From the NCBI GenBank assembly GCA_951406725.2, contig OX597824.1, positions 74,834,001-74,898,000 on the forward strand: a stretch of DNA of 64,000 nucleotides, read 5' to 3'. Both the position numbers and the translations under genes were made by a program. The notes below the pieces were generated by a model, which saw only the letters and a list, made by a program, of their open reading frames with translations, ran no database searches and was not told where the DNA came from. Numbering within the stretch: the first letter of the stretch is position 1; every line of letters begins with the position of its first letter. Below, piece by piece: positions 14,467-29,598 of this stretch. This DNA comes from Octopus vulgaris. Its lineage: Eukaryota.

Positions 14467-14830
14467 AGAGACACGATGTTGGTGGTGATGGCGAAGATGG
14501 ATTGTGAAAATTATTTTTTAAAATTGAAGTTGTTTTATATCACCTATCACTTAACGCATGCGCATAAGTGAAGCTCCGTGAAATATTCCCGCTTATTTAC
14601 GTGCCAGATATATGCCTTTTAACTAAGGGTTGTATCATGTGTACGGGATATTATTTTTTTGTTTATGGGGGAAATGGAAATATAAGAGTGAATCTTTATT
14701 TTACGAGCGCTGTGTATTAAGTCTACACAATTGTGTATAAGGTATATAAAGTGTAATATATAAAGGGCATAAAGTAATCATTGTATTCCAATTTCATTCG
14801 ATTTTCAATGAATAGCAGATGAGCGATTAT

Positions 14831-15150
14831 GGAAGCACTCCGTCGGTTACGACGACGAGCACTCCACAGACACGTGTACCCTTAACGTAATTCTCGGGGA
14901 TATTCAGCGTGACACAGAGAGTGACAAGGCCGGCCCCTTGAAATACAGGTACAACAGAAACAGGAAGTAAGAGTGAGAGAAAGTTGTGGTGAAAGAGTAC
15001 TGCAGGGAACACCACCATCCCCTGCCGGAGCCTCGTGGAGCTTTAGGTGTTTTCGCTCAATAAACACTCACAACGCCCGGTCTGGGAATCGAAACCGCGA
15101 TCCTACGACCGCGAGTCCGCTGCCCTAACCACTGGGCCCTTGCGCCTCCA
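14831..15150 (-). mobile_element. SINE family C with 15-bp TSD
   Basis: TSD CAGATGAGCGATTAT at 14816-14830 and 15151-15165. Confidence 0.92.
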
Positions 15151-15378
15151 CAGATGAGCGATTATATTTCCATACAGACATAACACAGGCTACACTTTCA
15201 GGTTTCTTTGGATAAAGTTTTCAGAAATGACCCAATAGGTTTACCTTTAATTACGTAAAATATTCACGGGTCCCACGAGTGATATATAAATGTAAACTTA
15301 ACAACTTAAAGTTGGGGTCCGGTGCAGAAACAAATGTGTTTTGCAATTAAAGCCTATTTTGCTTCTTCGCATTACGCA

Positions 15379-15476
<98 letters not shown>

Positions 15477-15636
15477 AACACAAAATTTGTTTACGGGAAA
15501 CGTTTTGAATATGCAAATAAAGCTCCTATTTCATTATGCTGGCCACAGTATAATGATGCTGACTGTTGAGTCAGTCTTTTGGGGTTGCGTCGAGCTGTAT
15601 CGAAATGATGTAGGATAAAATATAATAATAATAATG

Positions 15637-15728
<92 letters not shown>

Positions 15729-15729
15729 C

Positions 15730-16065
15730 ATAGCCATGTATTGAGAGGGATTCTTTGGGGTTTGAATAAATCACCTCTGGAAACATGGGTGGTTCTTTCA
15801 ACATCCTTAAACAACCCTTATTCAGGGACCTTTTGAGCGGGATGGGCTACTCGACCTGAAGAAAATTCTAACTGGGCCCCACCTGCAAGGTCATGTGCTG
15901 TTTATCTTGATATGAGATCACCATGTCGCGCACATATGGTTGTGATGCATGTGCCTGGTGTACCTTTATCAGACGGTAGTCATGATGGGTAGTCATGATG
16001 GGTATATTGGGCTTCGTATATTTTACCCCAGTGTCACTTTGATGGCATGCACTGCTCTCTCACTC

Positions 16066-16066
<1 letters not shown>
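15730..16066 (+). mobile_element. Short non-coding element inserted within a (TAA)n array
   Basis: Flanked on both sides by long (TAA)n; a ~90-bp internal part recurs inverted at ~14297-14387. Confidence 0.65.
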
Positions 16067-16124
<58 letters not shown>

Positions 16125-16126
16125 TG

Positions 16127-16177
<51 letters not shown>

Positions 16178-16196
16178 TAATAATGATAATAATAAC

Positions 16197-16261
<65 letters not shown>

Positions 16262-16330
16262 TAATAATGATAATGACTAACAATAATAATAATAATAATA
16301 ATAACAATAATAATAAAAATAATAATAAAA

Positions 16331-16423
<93 letters not shown>

Positions 16424-17079
16424 TAACACTTGGATGGAATTTATGAACATTTCTGTAGGAAATCTGTAGAGATGCTCTAGCATGGCCGCAGCTTTAAAGA
16501 TGAAACGCTTAAAAGAATTAAAAGAGTAAAAGAATAAAAGATAAAGTTGACAAGTGTTTTTTTCTAATCACATTTCATTCAAATTTAGTGGTGTGACCTG
16601 GAATTTCATCAAAAACTTGTTTTTCTTTTTATCTAGAATTTTATTTATTTAATCACAATCAACATTCTCGAAAATGTGTCTCTGCAAATGATCATGAAAA
16701 ATGATCAATTTACAGAATATTACGAATAAAGGAAGTCAAGGTTAAATCCAATATGTCCACCCAAAATATTTCTCTGAAATGTTATTAACATAATCGTAAT
16801 ATACACTTTTCGAAACGTATATCAACAATATTTCGTTAAAAATTACGTATTTAAAGAGTCAAGACTATTGGAAACGTTGCAAGACGCAACGAGAATTTTC
16901 TGAAAATAAAAATAAGATAAGAAATATGTGGAAATTTTACCGGTGAGTGTGTTAAATTATAAGGCACAAAAAGAAAATGACTTTCCCCAGACACAACAGA
17001 ATATGCTTCCACACACGAACTCACATAAAGAATCTTGCAAACCAAATCCCAAAACGAAATATTTAAAGAAAGCTATGAG

Positions 17080-17945
17080 GAAATGAGTCCGGAGGGAAAC
17101 CAAACTATAGTTATACTGTTTTGAATATGGATGACCTCAAATGGTACACCATAAATGACAACCAACTAAAAAGTCTGTTACATGGAAGAGTAATAATTCA
17201 GAAGAGAATTTGATTCGAAATTTCGTTTAGAATAATGAGCCAAGGCAACGTTAAAAGGAGGGAAAATTTGTTTTAAAAAATATATTAGATAACGAACGAG
17301 AGAGATAAGATCCAAAATACAAACAAATACTTAAGTATTAACGAACTAAACAGATTACAACACCTATAAGAAAATGTTTAGGAAGATATAATGTAAATAT
17401 ATTAGGTGATTACTTAAAACAGCTTATACAAAATGCTAAAATGTGATAGGCATCAATAATCTAGGTAGTCTTGTAGTAAGTCGTGGTAATATGATTCGTA
17501 ACTGGAACTTAATGAATTAGCAAGACTAGACACGCAAGAAAGGAAAACAATGACTATATTTAGATAACACTAAAGAAAATCCGACATAAAGATTATATTT
17601 ATCACGAATACAGAGAGGTGTATAAAACTATTATGAAATATTTGGCGTTGGACTTGAAAAAATAGCTAGCAAATGAATAAAGAAAAATAATACAAATAGC
17701 ATTAAAACATGAAGAAAAGTAGAAAGAAAAATAATTTCCGTCTTGAGATTAGCTCGCAAATATAAAATGGAGACTAAGATAACAGACAGCTGCGAGGGGA
17801 AGATGGAGAAAAAAATAACAAAGAGAATTAAAAGAAGCTGAAAGCTAAATTGAAAATGGGATTACAAAATGTAACATGAAAAAAAACAAAAAAAAACAGC
17901 GTTGGTAAGAACAAGCCCTACATGGCCAACTTTTGAAAGAATTGA
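17080..17945 (+). mobile_element. Highly decayed R4/Dong-like LINE RT fragment
   Basis: Residual motifs MDDLK.Y..ND.QLKSLL, AKATLK.G and KPLHGQ with many stops. Confidence 0.6.
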
Positions 17946-18310
17946 GCAAAGCGGGAGTGATTCTTTCTAGCTTTTACTTGTTTCAGTCATTGGACTGTGG
18001 CCATATTAGGGTGCCATCTTGAATAGACTCAGGTCGAACGAATCCGCCTCAGCACTTGTTTTATTTTATCGGTTTCTTTTTTCGGGACTGCTAAGTTTCG
18101 GGGACATAAGCAAAATAAAACCAGTTGTCAAACGATGATGAGGAAGAAACGCAAACACAAAATCACACATATGTTTATATATGTATGTGTGTGTGTGTGC
18201 ATATCTATATATATATATATAGCATTAAAACATGAAGAAAAGTAGAAAGAAAAATAATTTCCGTCTTGAGATTAGCTCGCAAATATAAAATGGAGACTAA
18301 GATAACAGAC

Positions 18311-19173
18311 AAGTAAAGAGGGAGATAAATTGAATATTAATTTAATTAATATCAATTTAAAACCAGTAGTCTAGCATACAAAATCTGAAAAATCAGAGAA
18401 AATTCTAATACATGTGTATATTTAAAGGGCTAAAAAACTACTATGTGGTCAGCCATATGCTAGAAGTAGATCACTTACGATCAAACTACAAAGAAAAGAA
18501 TGTTCTCTAGAGAAAAATTCAGCGGTAACCGGAACAATATGCGGGCAAGACAGATGAAAATTATATAAAAAACAAGAATTAAACGAAGACCGGCGGTTTT
18601 GCCTATTAACGAATGAATCACTTACGTAATCCCTCGTCCGTAGGGCTCGTCAGTGCGATCGTTCCATAGGTAATATAATTTGTAAAACTAACCACCAGTT
18701 TTCCGTATAAAAGCAGACACGTGCTTAGTTTCACCAATTACATTGGGGTTAATTTCAAATGTCTGAGTTCTGGCGCGCTAAAATTCCGGAAACAAAATCT
18801 GCAGTAAATAACTTACTGCAGTTAATGCCGCCTATTAGAGAACATATTTATTTTAACATTTAAGTAAAGAGGGAGATAAATTGAATATTAATTTAATTAA
18901 TATCAATTTAAAATAAAGATCGTTCCACAGGTAATATAATTTGTAAAACTAACTACCTGGTTTCCGTATAAAAACAGACACGTGCTTAGTTTCCCGATTA
19001 CATTGGGGTTAATTTCAAATATCTGAGTTCTGGCGCGCTAAAATTCCGGAAACAAAATCTGCAGTAAATAATTTACTGCAGTTAATGCCGCCTATTAGAG
19101 AACATATTTATTTTAACATTTAAGTAAAGAGGGAGATAAATTGAATATTAATTTAATTAATATCAATTTAAAA
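18311..19173. repeat. Composite repeat with 261-bp tandem duplication and thrice-repeated 52-bp block
   Basis: 18657-18913 duplicated at 18918-19173; AAGTAAAGAGGGAGATAAATTG...TTTAAAA at 18311, 18862 and 19122. Confidence 0.85.
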
Positions 19174-19426
19174 CAAGTATCCTTTATTCACAAGGAGGTT
19201 TTTGTAGACCCACAGCTGTAGTAGCTGAAAGGCAACTACCCGAGGTACCGCGCTGTCAGATCGAGCCCCAAATCTATGAGTGTAATTGCAAACCGACCTT
19301 CTTAATCTTTCGGCCATACTTATTGTTGACTTACCAGAACACTGGTGCACAGCTGTCCCTTCTATAAAGCAGTAATTATCATCATAAATGTTATGACGAA
19401 ATCAATCATTAAAATGTATGGCTTCG

Positions 19427-19437
19427 TGTTGTTGTTG

Positions 19438-19516
<79 letters not shown>

Positions 19517-19567
19517 CATTATTATTTTCATTATTATTATTATTATCATTATTATCATTATTATTAC

Positions 19568-19606
<39 letters not shown>

Positions 19607-19626
19607 TATTATTATTATTATTATTA

Positions 19627-19670
<44 letters not shown>

Positions 19671-20750
19671 GCTGTTGTTGTTGTTGTTGTTCTTGTTCTT
19701 GTTGCGATCCACAAACATGTCTACTTAATTCATGAATATTTCATTTTAGGAGCGACAGCTTTCAGTCACGTCTGTGCACGAAGGTTATCGTGTGTGGGTT
19801 GGTGTTAATATTGGTGTTGTTGTAATTGTTGTTGTTGTTGGTGATGATGGTGGTGGTGTTGAGGATTGTGCTGCGGTAGTTTGTGCCGGTGGTGGTGTTG
19901 AGCAGGGTGTTGTTATGGTGCTAGTATTAGTAGTGTAGTTGAGAAAGGCGGCGTGGTGACGTTGTGTTGGTGTTGCTGGCGATGTTCAGGTCGGTGTTGG
20001 TGGTAACGGTGGTATTGGAGGTGGTGTGGAGAAGGGTTTGGTGGTGGCGTGGAGAGGGTTTGGTGGTGGGGTGGAGAAGATTTGGTGGTGGGGTGGTGAG
20101 GGTTTGGCGGTGGTTCGCAGAGGGTTCAGCGGTAGCGTGGAGAGGGCTTAGTGGTGGTGGTGATGCGGAGAGGGTTTAGTGGTGGTTTGGAGAGGGTTTA
20201 GTAGTGGTTTGGAGAGGGTTTGGTGGTGGTGGTGATGTGGAGATGGTTTGGTGGTGGTGGTGGTGGTGGTGTGGAGAAGGTTTGGTGGTGGTGGTGGTGG
20301 TAATGTCTTTAGCGGGCATTGGTGGTATTGGTTGCTGATAATGTCAGTATCAATGTTGGTGTTGGTGTTGGTATTGGTGTTGGAGCTGTGGGTGGTATGG
20401 CTGGAGATTGCCTTGGTGGTAATGTTGCCCTTGTTAGGGCTATTGGTGATATTGGTATCACAGCTAGTGTTAGTCTCGGTGGTAGTGTTAGAGATATTGT
20501 TGGGTGTGGTGTAGGCGGTATTGGTGTCCGTCATGGAAATAGACGTGGTAGTATTGGTGACGGTACTAGTATTGTTTCAGTTGTTGGTAGTGACGGTGTT
20601 GGCTACAGTATTGGTCTTGGTCGTGTTGTTGGTGGTGCTGGTGGTAGTATTAGTGGTGGTGTCAGTTTAACAGTGGCATCGATCTTCTGGTGATGGTAGG
20701 TCTTGCAGTGGTACTTGTAGTGGTGTTAGTATTGGGGGTAGCAGACTTCA
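19427..20750 (+). repeat. (TTA)n array followed by GGT/GTT-rich low-complexity region
   Basis: Direct inspection; internal degenerate GGAGAGGGTTTGGTGGTGG units at ~20020-20300. Confidence 0.85.
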
Positions 20751-20769
20751 GGTAGGTATGCGTCTTCAT

Positions 20770-20838
20770 CAATAGTTCCCAAACCGTTTTTGCACCAAGC
20801 ACCGGTTTCAAGCAAGACAATTTTTCCATGGATCGGGG
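20770..20838 (+). mobile_element. hAT-Charlie (MER1-like) terminal fragment
   Basis: CAATAGTTCCCAAACCGTTTTTGCACCAAGCACCGGTTTCAAGCAAGACAATTTTTCCATGGATCGGGG resembles the MER1/Charlie3 5' end as recalled. Confidence 0.5.
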
Positions 20839-21198
20839 TATCGTTCACCCCCCCCCCACACACACACGCACACACACACAGACACATACACGTACACATA
20901 CATATATACATGCATGCATACATATGTACATGCATAAATATAGAAATAATAATAAATAATAACATACATACAAACACAAATAAATACAAAAAATAAAAAT
21001 ACAAATAAAAATATATAATTACAAAAATACATACATATACAAATAATAACAAAATACATACATATGTACATACATGCATACATACATACATACATACATA
21101 CATGCATACATACATACATACATACATACATACATACATACATGCATACATACATACATACATACATACATACATACATACATACATACATGCATACA

Positions 21199-21904
21199 TT
21201 GGGGGCCTGGGATATGTAACACGCTGCTACCAATCTTGAGAAATTAGGCTTCTCAAAACCAGAAAGGAGAAAGATGATTCAAAGACTACAGATCCAATCC
21301 ATCACTGGAAGTGTTCAAATCTGTGGAACATTCCAGAAATTTACCATTCAACTATATATGATCATGTCTAGATATGCAAGTATATGCATGAAAAGACATA
21401 CATAAAACAAAACATACAAATCTGCATGCATACATACATACATACATACATACATACATACATACATACATACATACATACATACATGCATATATACATA
21501 CATACATGCATACATACATGCATACATACATACATACATACATACATACATACATACATACATACATACGTACGTACATACATACATACATACATACATA
21601 CATGCATATATACATACATACATACATACGTACGTACATACATACATACATACATACATACATGCATATATACATACATACATACATGCATACATACATA
21701 CATACATACATACATACATGCATACATACATACATACATACATACATACATACATACATACATACATACATACGTACGTACATACATACATACATACATA
21801 GCTTGTTGGTGATGTTGAAATTCTAAGGAAAGAGCTTTGGATCTAGATTAGAAACCGGCTCTTTCGTTATTTGCAACAAATCCTGAAATAAAACTGAATA
21901 ATGA
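21199..21904 (+). mobile_element. 3' end of a probable RLE-type non-LTR element within (CATA)n
   Basis: Short coding remnant (LGYV...[30 protein letters not shown]), 3' UTR with AATAAA; 27-bp direct repeat at 21028-21054 and 21943-21969. Confidence 0.5.
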
Positions 21905-21922
21905 CATACATACATACATACA

Positions 21923-21954
<32 letters not shown>

Positions 21955-22603
21955 CAAATAATAACAAAAATGAGGTTCACTACAGCTGTTTCAGACGTGT
22001 TTTTTTTTTGGTAAGCAAATTAATTTCATCAAATTAATTTTCATATGAAAAAACTTTTATTCGGGTGAATTAAAAAATTTATATAATGTTTAGGATTTTT
22101 CACACAAATAGTATAGGATGCATATTGATCTTCTCATTGAGAAGAGAGTAAATTGGGAAATGCTATTTTGATATACATACATACGTACACATAAATATAT
22201 ATAGATATAGACATACATAAATACATAAATTTAGCCGGAGTATATTCAGTACATATTTTTTATTCCGAATAAGCACGTTGTTACCGAAATGCAATTCGAA
22301 AAAGCCTGCCATTTACATAGATGTATAAAGGGTGAACATTTCTATATGGATACATAAGTTGTTCGTCTGGTAAGCTGATTTTGTTCATTCATTATAAATT
22401 TTGAATTATGCTTGCACTGAGGATTAAAAAGTGCATTACTGCACTAATTATGAAATCACGATGATATGCAGCTAAATTCTGTTTTTAATTGACTTGCTTC
22501 GAAAGTTGCATTCGGTACGATGTGTTTTTTTTTATTTTGGTAGTTTTGACTTTAAGAGTCCCTCCTAGCGTGTGGCATTTATGTATATTAATACCCTCTG
22601 TAT

Positions 22604-22637
<34 letters not shown>

Positions 22638-22669
22638 AATCCGGGGGAAAGCACACTCTAAGATGTAGA

Positions 22670-22763
<94 letters not shown>

Positions 22764-23315
22764 GAAAACAAGTGGATGTATTCCACTGTAACTAGGTAAA
22801 TAAAATCTTCGAACAGATGGTCAGTAGCGACACCTGCTGATTCTGACTACGCAGCATTGATAAAGGGCAACAACCCTGAAACATGTCTGCAGATGTCTGA
22901 CGAGCAAGGTGAAGCGGCTGACCTCCCCTGTTCGAAGATTGTAATGGACGCAGGTTCGTGTGTCATATAGCTAGCTAGAGGCGATGGCCTCTTGGAGCTA
23001 ATCAGCGACAGCTTTAGTCTTATATTTATAGACTGCCATATTAGTATGGCGATAACTATTAATATATATATAGTGTTGTGTGGTTAAAAAACCCTTTTAG
23101 CAACCACGTGATTTCTTGTTCAGTTCAAGACGTGGTACCCTGAGCATCGAGTTGACTAACGTGTTGTGATTGGAATTTGTTCAACGGAAACCGTGCAGAG
23201 GGCTGTCTCTGTCTTTACACACGCATACACAAGCGCGCGCATATATATATACATATATGTATGTATATCTATCTAACTATCTATCCATCTATCTATATAT
23301 ATACATATATATATG

Positions 23316-23358
<43 letters not shown>

Positions 23359-23984
23359 TTAATGATATAGTCCGTTCACAACAATACATCGTAACAAAGT
23401 TTCATATTTAAATGTGCTAGATAGTTATTAGACAAGAAACATCCCTTTAAACGAATATCAGTGACATATATGAACTGCAATTTTTCTATGAAGTGTTATG
23501 GCTTTAAAAATATGGTAAGAAGCATACCTCGTTAAATAATAATAGCTATTGTTGGGGATGAGTTATTTCCTTTACGTTAGTTAAAATGATTCGCATGGGG
23601 GACTTATGACGTTGAGTGAATTTTAAACAAACTACTGCGCTGTAATGATCATGGCAAATTAATGAGTTGCTGTCCCGAAAATATTAATACTTGTATTGTT
23701 TAATGGCAATAATGAATTATATGTTATATGGTACTGAAAGTAATGGCGATATAAATGACAGAGACTGTAGTGATAGGAAATATCTCATACTGGGTTAAAA
23801 TTGTGGAGGGGAATAGAGAAGGTGAGGATATGATCGCTCTTGGTAAGTAGTTTAGTGATCTGTTCAGCCAAATGATGATCTGATCTGCCAGTGTGTCAGT
23901 AGATACATAATTTACCAGTGTTTCAGGAAGAGGGAAAAAGATAGATATATAGGTTGATAGATAGATAAATAGATACGTAGATGC

Positions 23985-24133
<149 letters not shown>

Positions 24134-25084
24134 AGACAGAGAGTCGGAAACAGAGACAGTGAGAGACAAGGAGAGAGATATATAAAGCAGAAATGAATCG
24201 TTACACTTTGATATTTACAAACTTCAGGACAGGAGATGTTAATATAGATATTATAGTGTACCAAGAAAATTTGAAAGTAAGCTTAGAAATATATATATAT
24301 AATTACGTGGAATTGATACATTCACAGCAGTGAGAAGCCTTAGGGTATATTGACATATACCAGATAAATGAAAGAATAATTTAATATCGCGTTTCTTTTT
24401 GCATGGAAAATAAAAACATTACGGAAAAGTATAACATGAGTATTGTTATTACTTCAACAGTCCTATATTCATTACGTGAAATCGCTGCATTAACGGACAC
24501 AGCTGTATGTGCCTTGGGGAGCTTCAGTATTTTCTTTTCTTATTCATGTTTTCTATCGTGTTGAATGTACTCTCCGTAATATTTATAAAGAGATTAGTAG
24601 TGTTATTCATATGAGTACATGTACGTCCTTATGTTTAGGTTATATATTTATATTTATCTACATAATATTTTCAATCATTCCCAAGATATCTAACATTACG
24701 GAATGTGTTTCGGTTTTCATTAGTTACAAAGTGGTTATCTCTATTTTCAGATCTATACATTTCGTTATATTTTCTCCATTCCTTTCTGGAATATATTGCA
24801 TGCTGCTTGAATTGATTGTGTCGATTGGATGACATTTCTTTACTCGCCGTACCTTAACAATAATATCTGGACGATTTATCTTAACCTCCTCACCTCTGTA
24901 TGGAATTGCATGGATTAACCTCTATCTAGATTAACCTCCATATGGATTCGCATGTCCAATGAAATAGTCACATTGCTATTCTATAAAAATGATGTATGTT
25001 TTTATTGTATCCTACCTATAGCTATTTCTTAATACTGACGTAATTTAAAATGTATGGAAGTACCGAATGTGATAAACTTATATC

Positions 25085-26140
25085 TGCATACATATATACA
25101 TATGCATACATACATACATACATACATGCGTGTATGCATACATACATACATATATACATATGCATACATACATACATACATACATACATGCGTGCATGCA
25201 TACATACATACATACATACATGCATACATACATACATACATATATACATATGCATACATACACACATACACATACATACATACATACATACATACATACA
25301 TACATACATACATACATGCATACATACATACATACATACATGCATACATACATGCATACATGCATACATACATACATACATACATGCATGCATACATACA
25401 TACTTACATGCATGCATACATACATACATATATACATACATACATACATGCATACATACATACTTACATGCATGCATACATACATACATATATACATATG
25501 CATACATACATACATACATACATACATACATGCATGCATACATACATACATACATACATGCATGCATACATACATACTTACATGCATACATACATACATA
25601 TATACATACATACATACATGCATACATACATACTTACATGCATGCATACATACATACATATATACATATGCATACATACATACATACATACATGCATACA
25701 TGCATGCATACATACATACATACATACATACATACATACATACATACATACATACATACATGCATGCATACATACATACTTACATGCATGCATACATACA
25801 TACATATATACATATGCATACATACATACATACATACATACATACATACCACATATACATACACATACATAAATACATACATGCATACATACATACATAC
25901 ATACATGCATGCATACATACATACATACATACGTGCATACATACAAACATACATGCATGCATACATACATACATACATGCATACATACATACATACATAC
26001 ATACATGCATGCATACATACATACATACATACATATATACAGTCATATAATCATACATACATACATGCATACATGCATACATACATACTCACATACATAC
26101 ACACATACATACATACATATATACACACACACACATACAT
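25085..26140 (+). repeat. ~1 kb compound (CATA)/(CATG) microsatellite
   Basis: Direct inspection. Confidence 0.95.
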
Positions 26141-27108
26141 TCATTAGGCGTATGTATTTGCAATGTTTTCGTGCTTTGATCGCGAAATCTGAGTAATTTA
26201 CTATTCTTAATTACTTCTCTTCATAAAAATAAATCACCTTTTACTAAACCTATGAAAACCTTTCTTCTTGATTACTCCTCTTCCGGTTTTCCTATTATAT
26301 ATATTTGATCCCTAATATATTCACTTGATTAATAAGACTTTTGTCCTCAGTTAATGAGTACTATGCCTACTCATAATAAGTGATAGATTTTTCTCCATAA
26401 TGAATAAATATTAGATTTATAATTTCGCCTTTAATCCAACGTATCAAAATATTCAAAATCTACCAGCTAAGTATAAAGTTGATATATGTAAGTTTAAAAG
26501 AATCTCTGTATTCTCTATTAGTGGTCACTGTGACCATTTGACATTGACCTAGTTTTCCTAATACAAAATCTGTTTGCCAAATAGTAGTAAACAGCCTCTG
26601 TAGCATTATAATCCTCTCTCTACCTTAATTTCTTTATATAGAACTTTGACATCTATTTCACCCCTATTTCTATAAATAGAAAATCTTTCTTGTCTCCTTT
26701 CAATTGATCATTCTTCCCAAACCTTCTAGCAGTTCAAAACAACTGAGTATTCTGAATATTCTTCAGTCAGTTGATAAACTCTATTACCTTAATGTTCTTA
26801 AAATTTAATTCGACATCTTTGTCTATATATCTACCTTCTCTATAATGTTATCAATTGATATGAAAATTATGTATTAATGGAAAACCTCTATTAATGGCTG
26901 ATGATTGCTCAACATTCTAAAACTTTTGTAATACTTACAACATTTAATAAAATGATGTAGCGTGAAACGATCGTACCAAATTACCGAAGTTATTCTTGTT
27001 GCTTATTTTGATTATAATCACACCATGGATTTATATGGATAACACCATACAAAATTCTGGTGCATCTAACTTAAGTACCATATTCCTTTGAATCTAAATT
27101 TTGCTGAA

Positions 27109-27221
<113 letters not shown>

Positions 27222-27852
27222 CTGTGTTAGTGCATAATGAACTAAAAAATTACTCTTCCAAAATCAAATAAATCGAACAAGACCTGGAAATGCAATTATA
27301 ATTTTTACTGAAGAAAGTTAAAAACAGCATCTAGTTTTTCGATTAAAAATCTCGACTACTACAAATATTTGGCCACACTTATACAAAAACCACACCGCTT
27401 TACCTCCCCACATTAATGAATACAAAAGAGTAAAGAAGCAAGACATGGAAATGCTATTATAATTTTTACTGAAGAAAGTCACTAAAAGGTCACTAAGTAT
27501 TAAACAAACAAGTCTGACCATACCAATACAAAATCCACGCCTCTTTACATACCCTCCCTTCTCAAACCTTTTTCTTCTCCCTTGCTTGGCAAACCCCACA
27601 ATTTTTTTTTTCATATATAAATACGCCAAGGAATCTAACTTTAGTCCACTTTTTCATAAATCCAATAACGGAAGAAAGCGCTAAAAGTGCAAATAGAATG
27701 TGAATAAAAATATGAAAATGCACCTAAATTTCAAAAATTCGTAAATGTTTAAAATACATTTATTTACATATGCACCAAACTAGTTTCAACAATAAATTTT
27801 GTTTATCAATGGTAAAAGTTTAAAATCATGAATTGGAAAAACATCTTTAAAA

Positions 27853-27930
27853 GTTTCAATGTTGACAAATTAAAATGTTTCAATGTTGACAAACTAAAAT
27901 GTTTCAATGTTGACAAATTAACATGTTCAA
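27853..27930 (+). repeat. 24-bp tandem repeat x3
   Basis: GTTTCAATGTTGACAAA(T/C)TAAAAT units. Confidence 0.85.
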
Positions 27931-28129
27931 TACAGATAAATTTAGCATTATGAATTAAGGAGGCCAGGTGCAAGTTTGAATGTTCATAGCAGTCACTAAT
28001 ATTAAAACTGTATATCAATTTGTTTGAATGTACAAAGTCCAGTAATGTTAGTGGTGATCGACAAGTCATACTGAGTTAAGAGGGAAAATAAAAACAAGGG
28101 AGAAATTAAAATAGTAAAAAAAGTGAATT

Positions 28130-29002
28130 TGGTTTACAGTTTCTCTTTCCATAAACGCTTTCGCTCGTAGTGGTATGTTTTGGAATCAGATTTATTTATA
28201 AAATTAGAGCGGATCTAATTTTTAATTCGTTAAAATACTGGTGATGTTTTTCTGGTGGTCAAGCTTGTCGTTCTGCTTGGTTGGTTTCCCTGTGGAGACG
28301 GTCATCAGTCGTTCCGGTTGGTTGATTCTTATAAAGGGTCATTTCGTTGTATTTGCTGAAGTTCGGCTTTGATTGGTCTGGAGTAAGGTGACGTCAGCAA
28401 ATGGTGTTTGTAAAATTTAATTGGACTAGAGGTAGGTGACGTCGGCAACTGGTGGTTGTATGGTGATTTGGAGTTGCGGTTTCGAAACCTGGGTAAAGAT
28501 TGTTACTAAAGTTTTTTTTAAAAAGTCGTTTGTTGTTCCTGGTTGTTTTTTGCGGAGTAATTGAGTCTTTTTTCTTTTCTTTTTATTGCTTTTTCTTCTT
28601 TCTAAAGGATAGTCAGCTGTGGTTTATATTTTTTAATCAGTATGTTTTCCTTATTTATACGGAATTGGGTTGAAGTGTTTCCAGTGCATTGATAGAGCGG
28701 GAAGATTTGGTATTTCGGGTTTATAAATTTTCCTAGTGGTGGGTCCCGGACTCGTTGACTGTGCACCGTAAGTCTATCCCTCAAAGTTAAGCTAGTTTGA
28801 CCTATGTAGTTCCCACCACACCCTCCACATTTGAGAACATAGATTAAGTTCTTCGAAACACAGGTGAAGTCACATTTTATGGTAAAAGTTTGACCTGACT
28901 TAAATTTGTATATTGAGCCTTTAAGTGGAAGATTCAAGTTCCACAATTAGGTCGGTTGCACTTTTTGATTTGTGGGGTTGCACATTTTGGTGGTTTGGTG
29001 GG
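28130..29002 (-). mobile_element. Penelope-like element fragment: C-terminal GIY-YIG endonuclease plus 3' region
   Basis: KKCNRPNCGT.. then FTCVSKNLIYVLKCGGCGGNYIGQT...RLTVH...FPLYQC...ENILIKKYKPQL (28602-28946); 5' junction abuts (TA)n; 28130 boundary approximate. Confidence 0.85.
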
Positions 29003-29386
29003 TATATATATATATATATATATATATAAATATGGCGTCCATTTTTGACTGTCGATAATTCATCGAAAAGACAGTCTTGTGATATTTTTTGTGGTCTTTG
29101 TGTCTTGGATTCATTTCAAATCCTATCTAGATCAATTTGTTTTTCATCCTTTCGATGTCGACGGTAAGGAAAAAGAAACGTTTCTTTCAATATATGGCAA
29201 AGATGCTGATAAATTTGGGATGATCTTTCGTTTCATGTCGGGAAACAAACTACGCTCACGGTTATTGCAACTCTTCGACTCGTAGAGTTATGGCAACCAG
29301 TTTCATCTATTAATTTATCTGTTGAATATTTGAACCCTCTTCTATTCGTTTTAACGGGAGTTTTCATTCCTTCTTAAGTTGCTTTA

Positions 29387-29450
<64 letters not shown>

Positions 29451-29475
29451 TGTATATATACATACACACACACGA

Positions 29476-29598
<123 letters not shown>

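Noticed and set aside
20020-20300. G-rich repeats resembling telomeric sequence
   Set aside because: No TTAGGG array; degenerate GGT-derived low complexity
25022-26196. Long ORFs (up to 365 aa) of HTYI/MYVC type, and similar YI, LSIY and poly-N/L/K ORFs elsewhere
   Set aside because: Translations of stop-free microsatellites with no coding complexity
28930-28965. TGA at a Cys position in the Penelope CNRPNCGT(C) motif, suggesting selenocysteine as in Naiad elements
   Set aside because: A single-base deletion explains both the TGA and the accompanying frameshift; the endonuclease here is C-terminal
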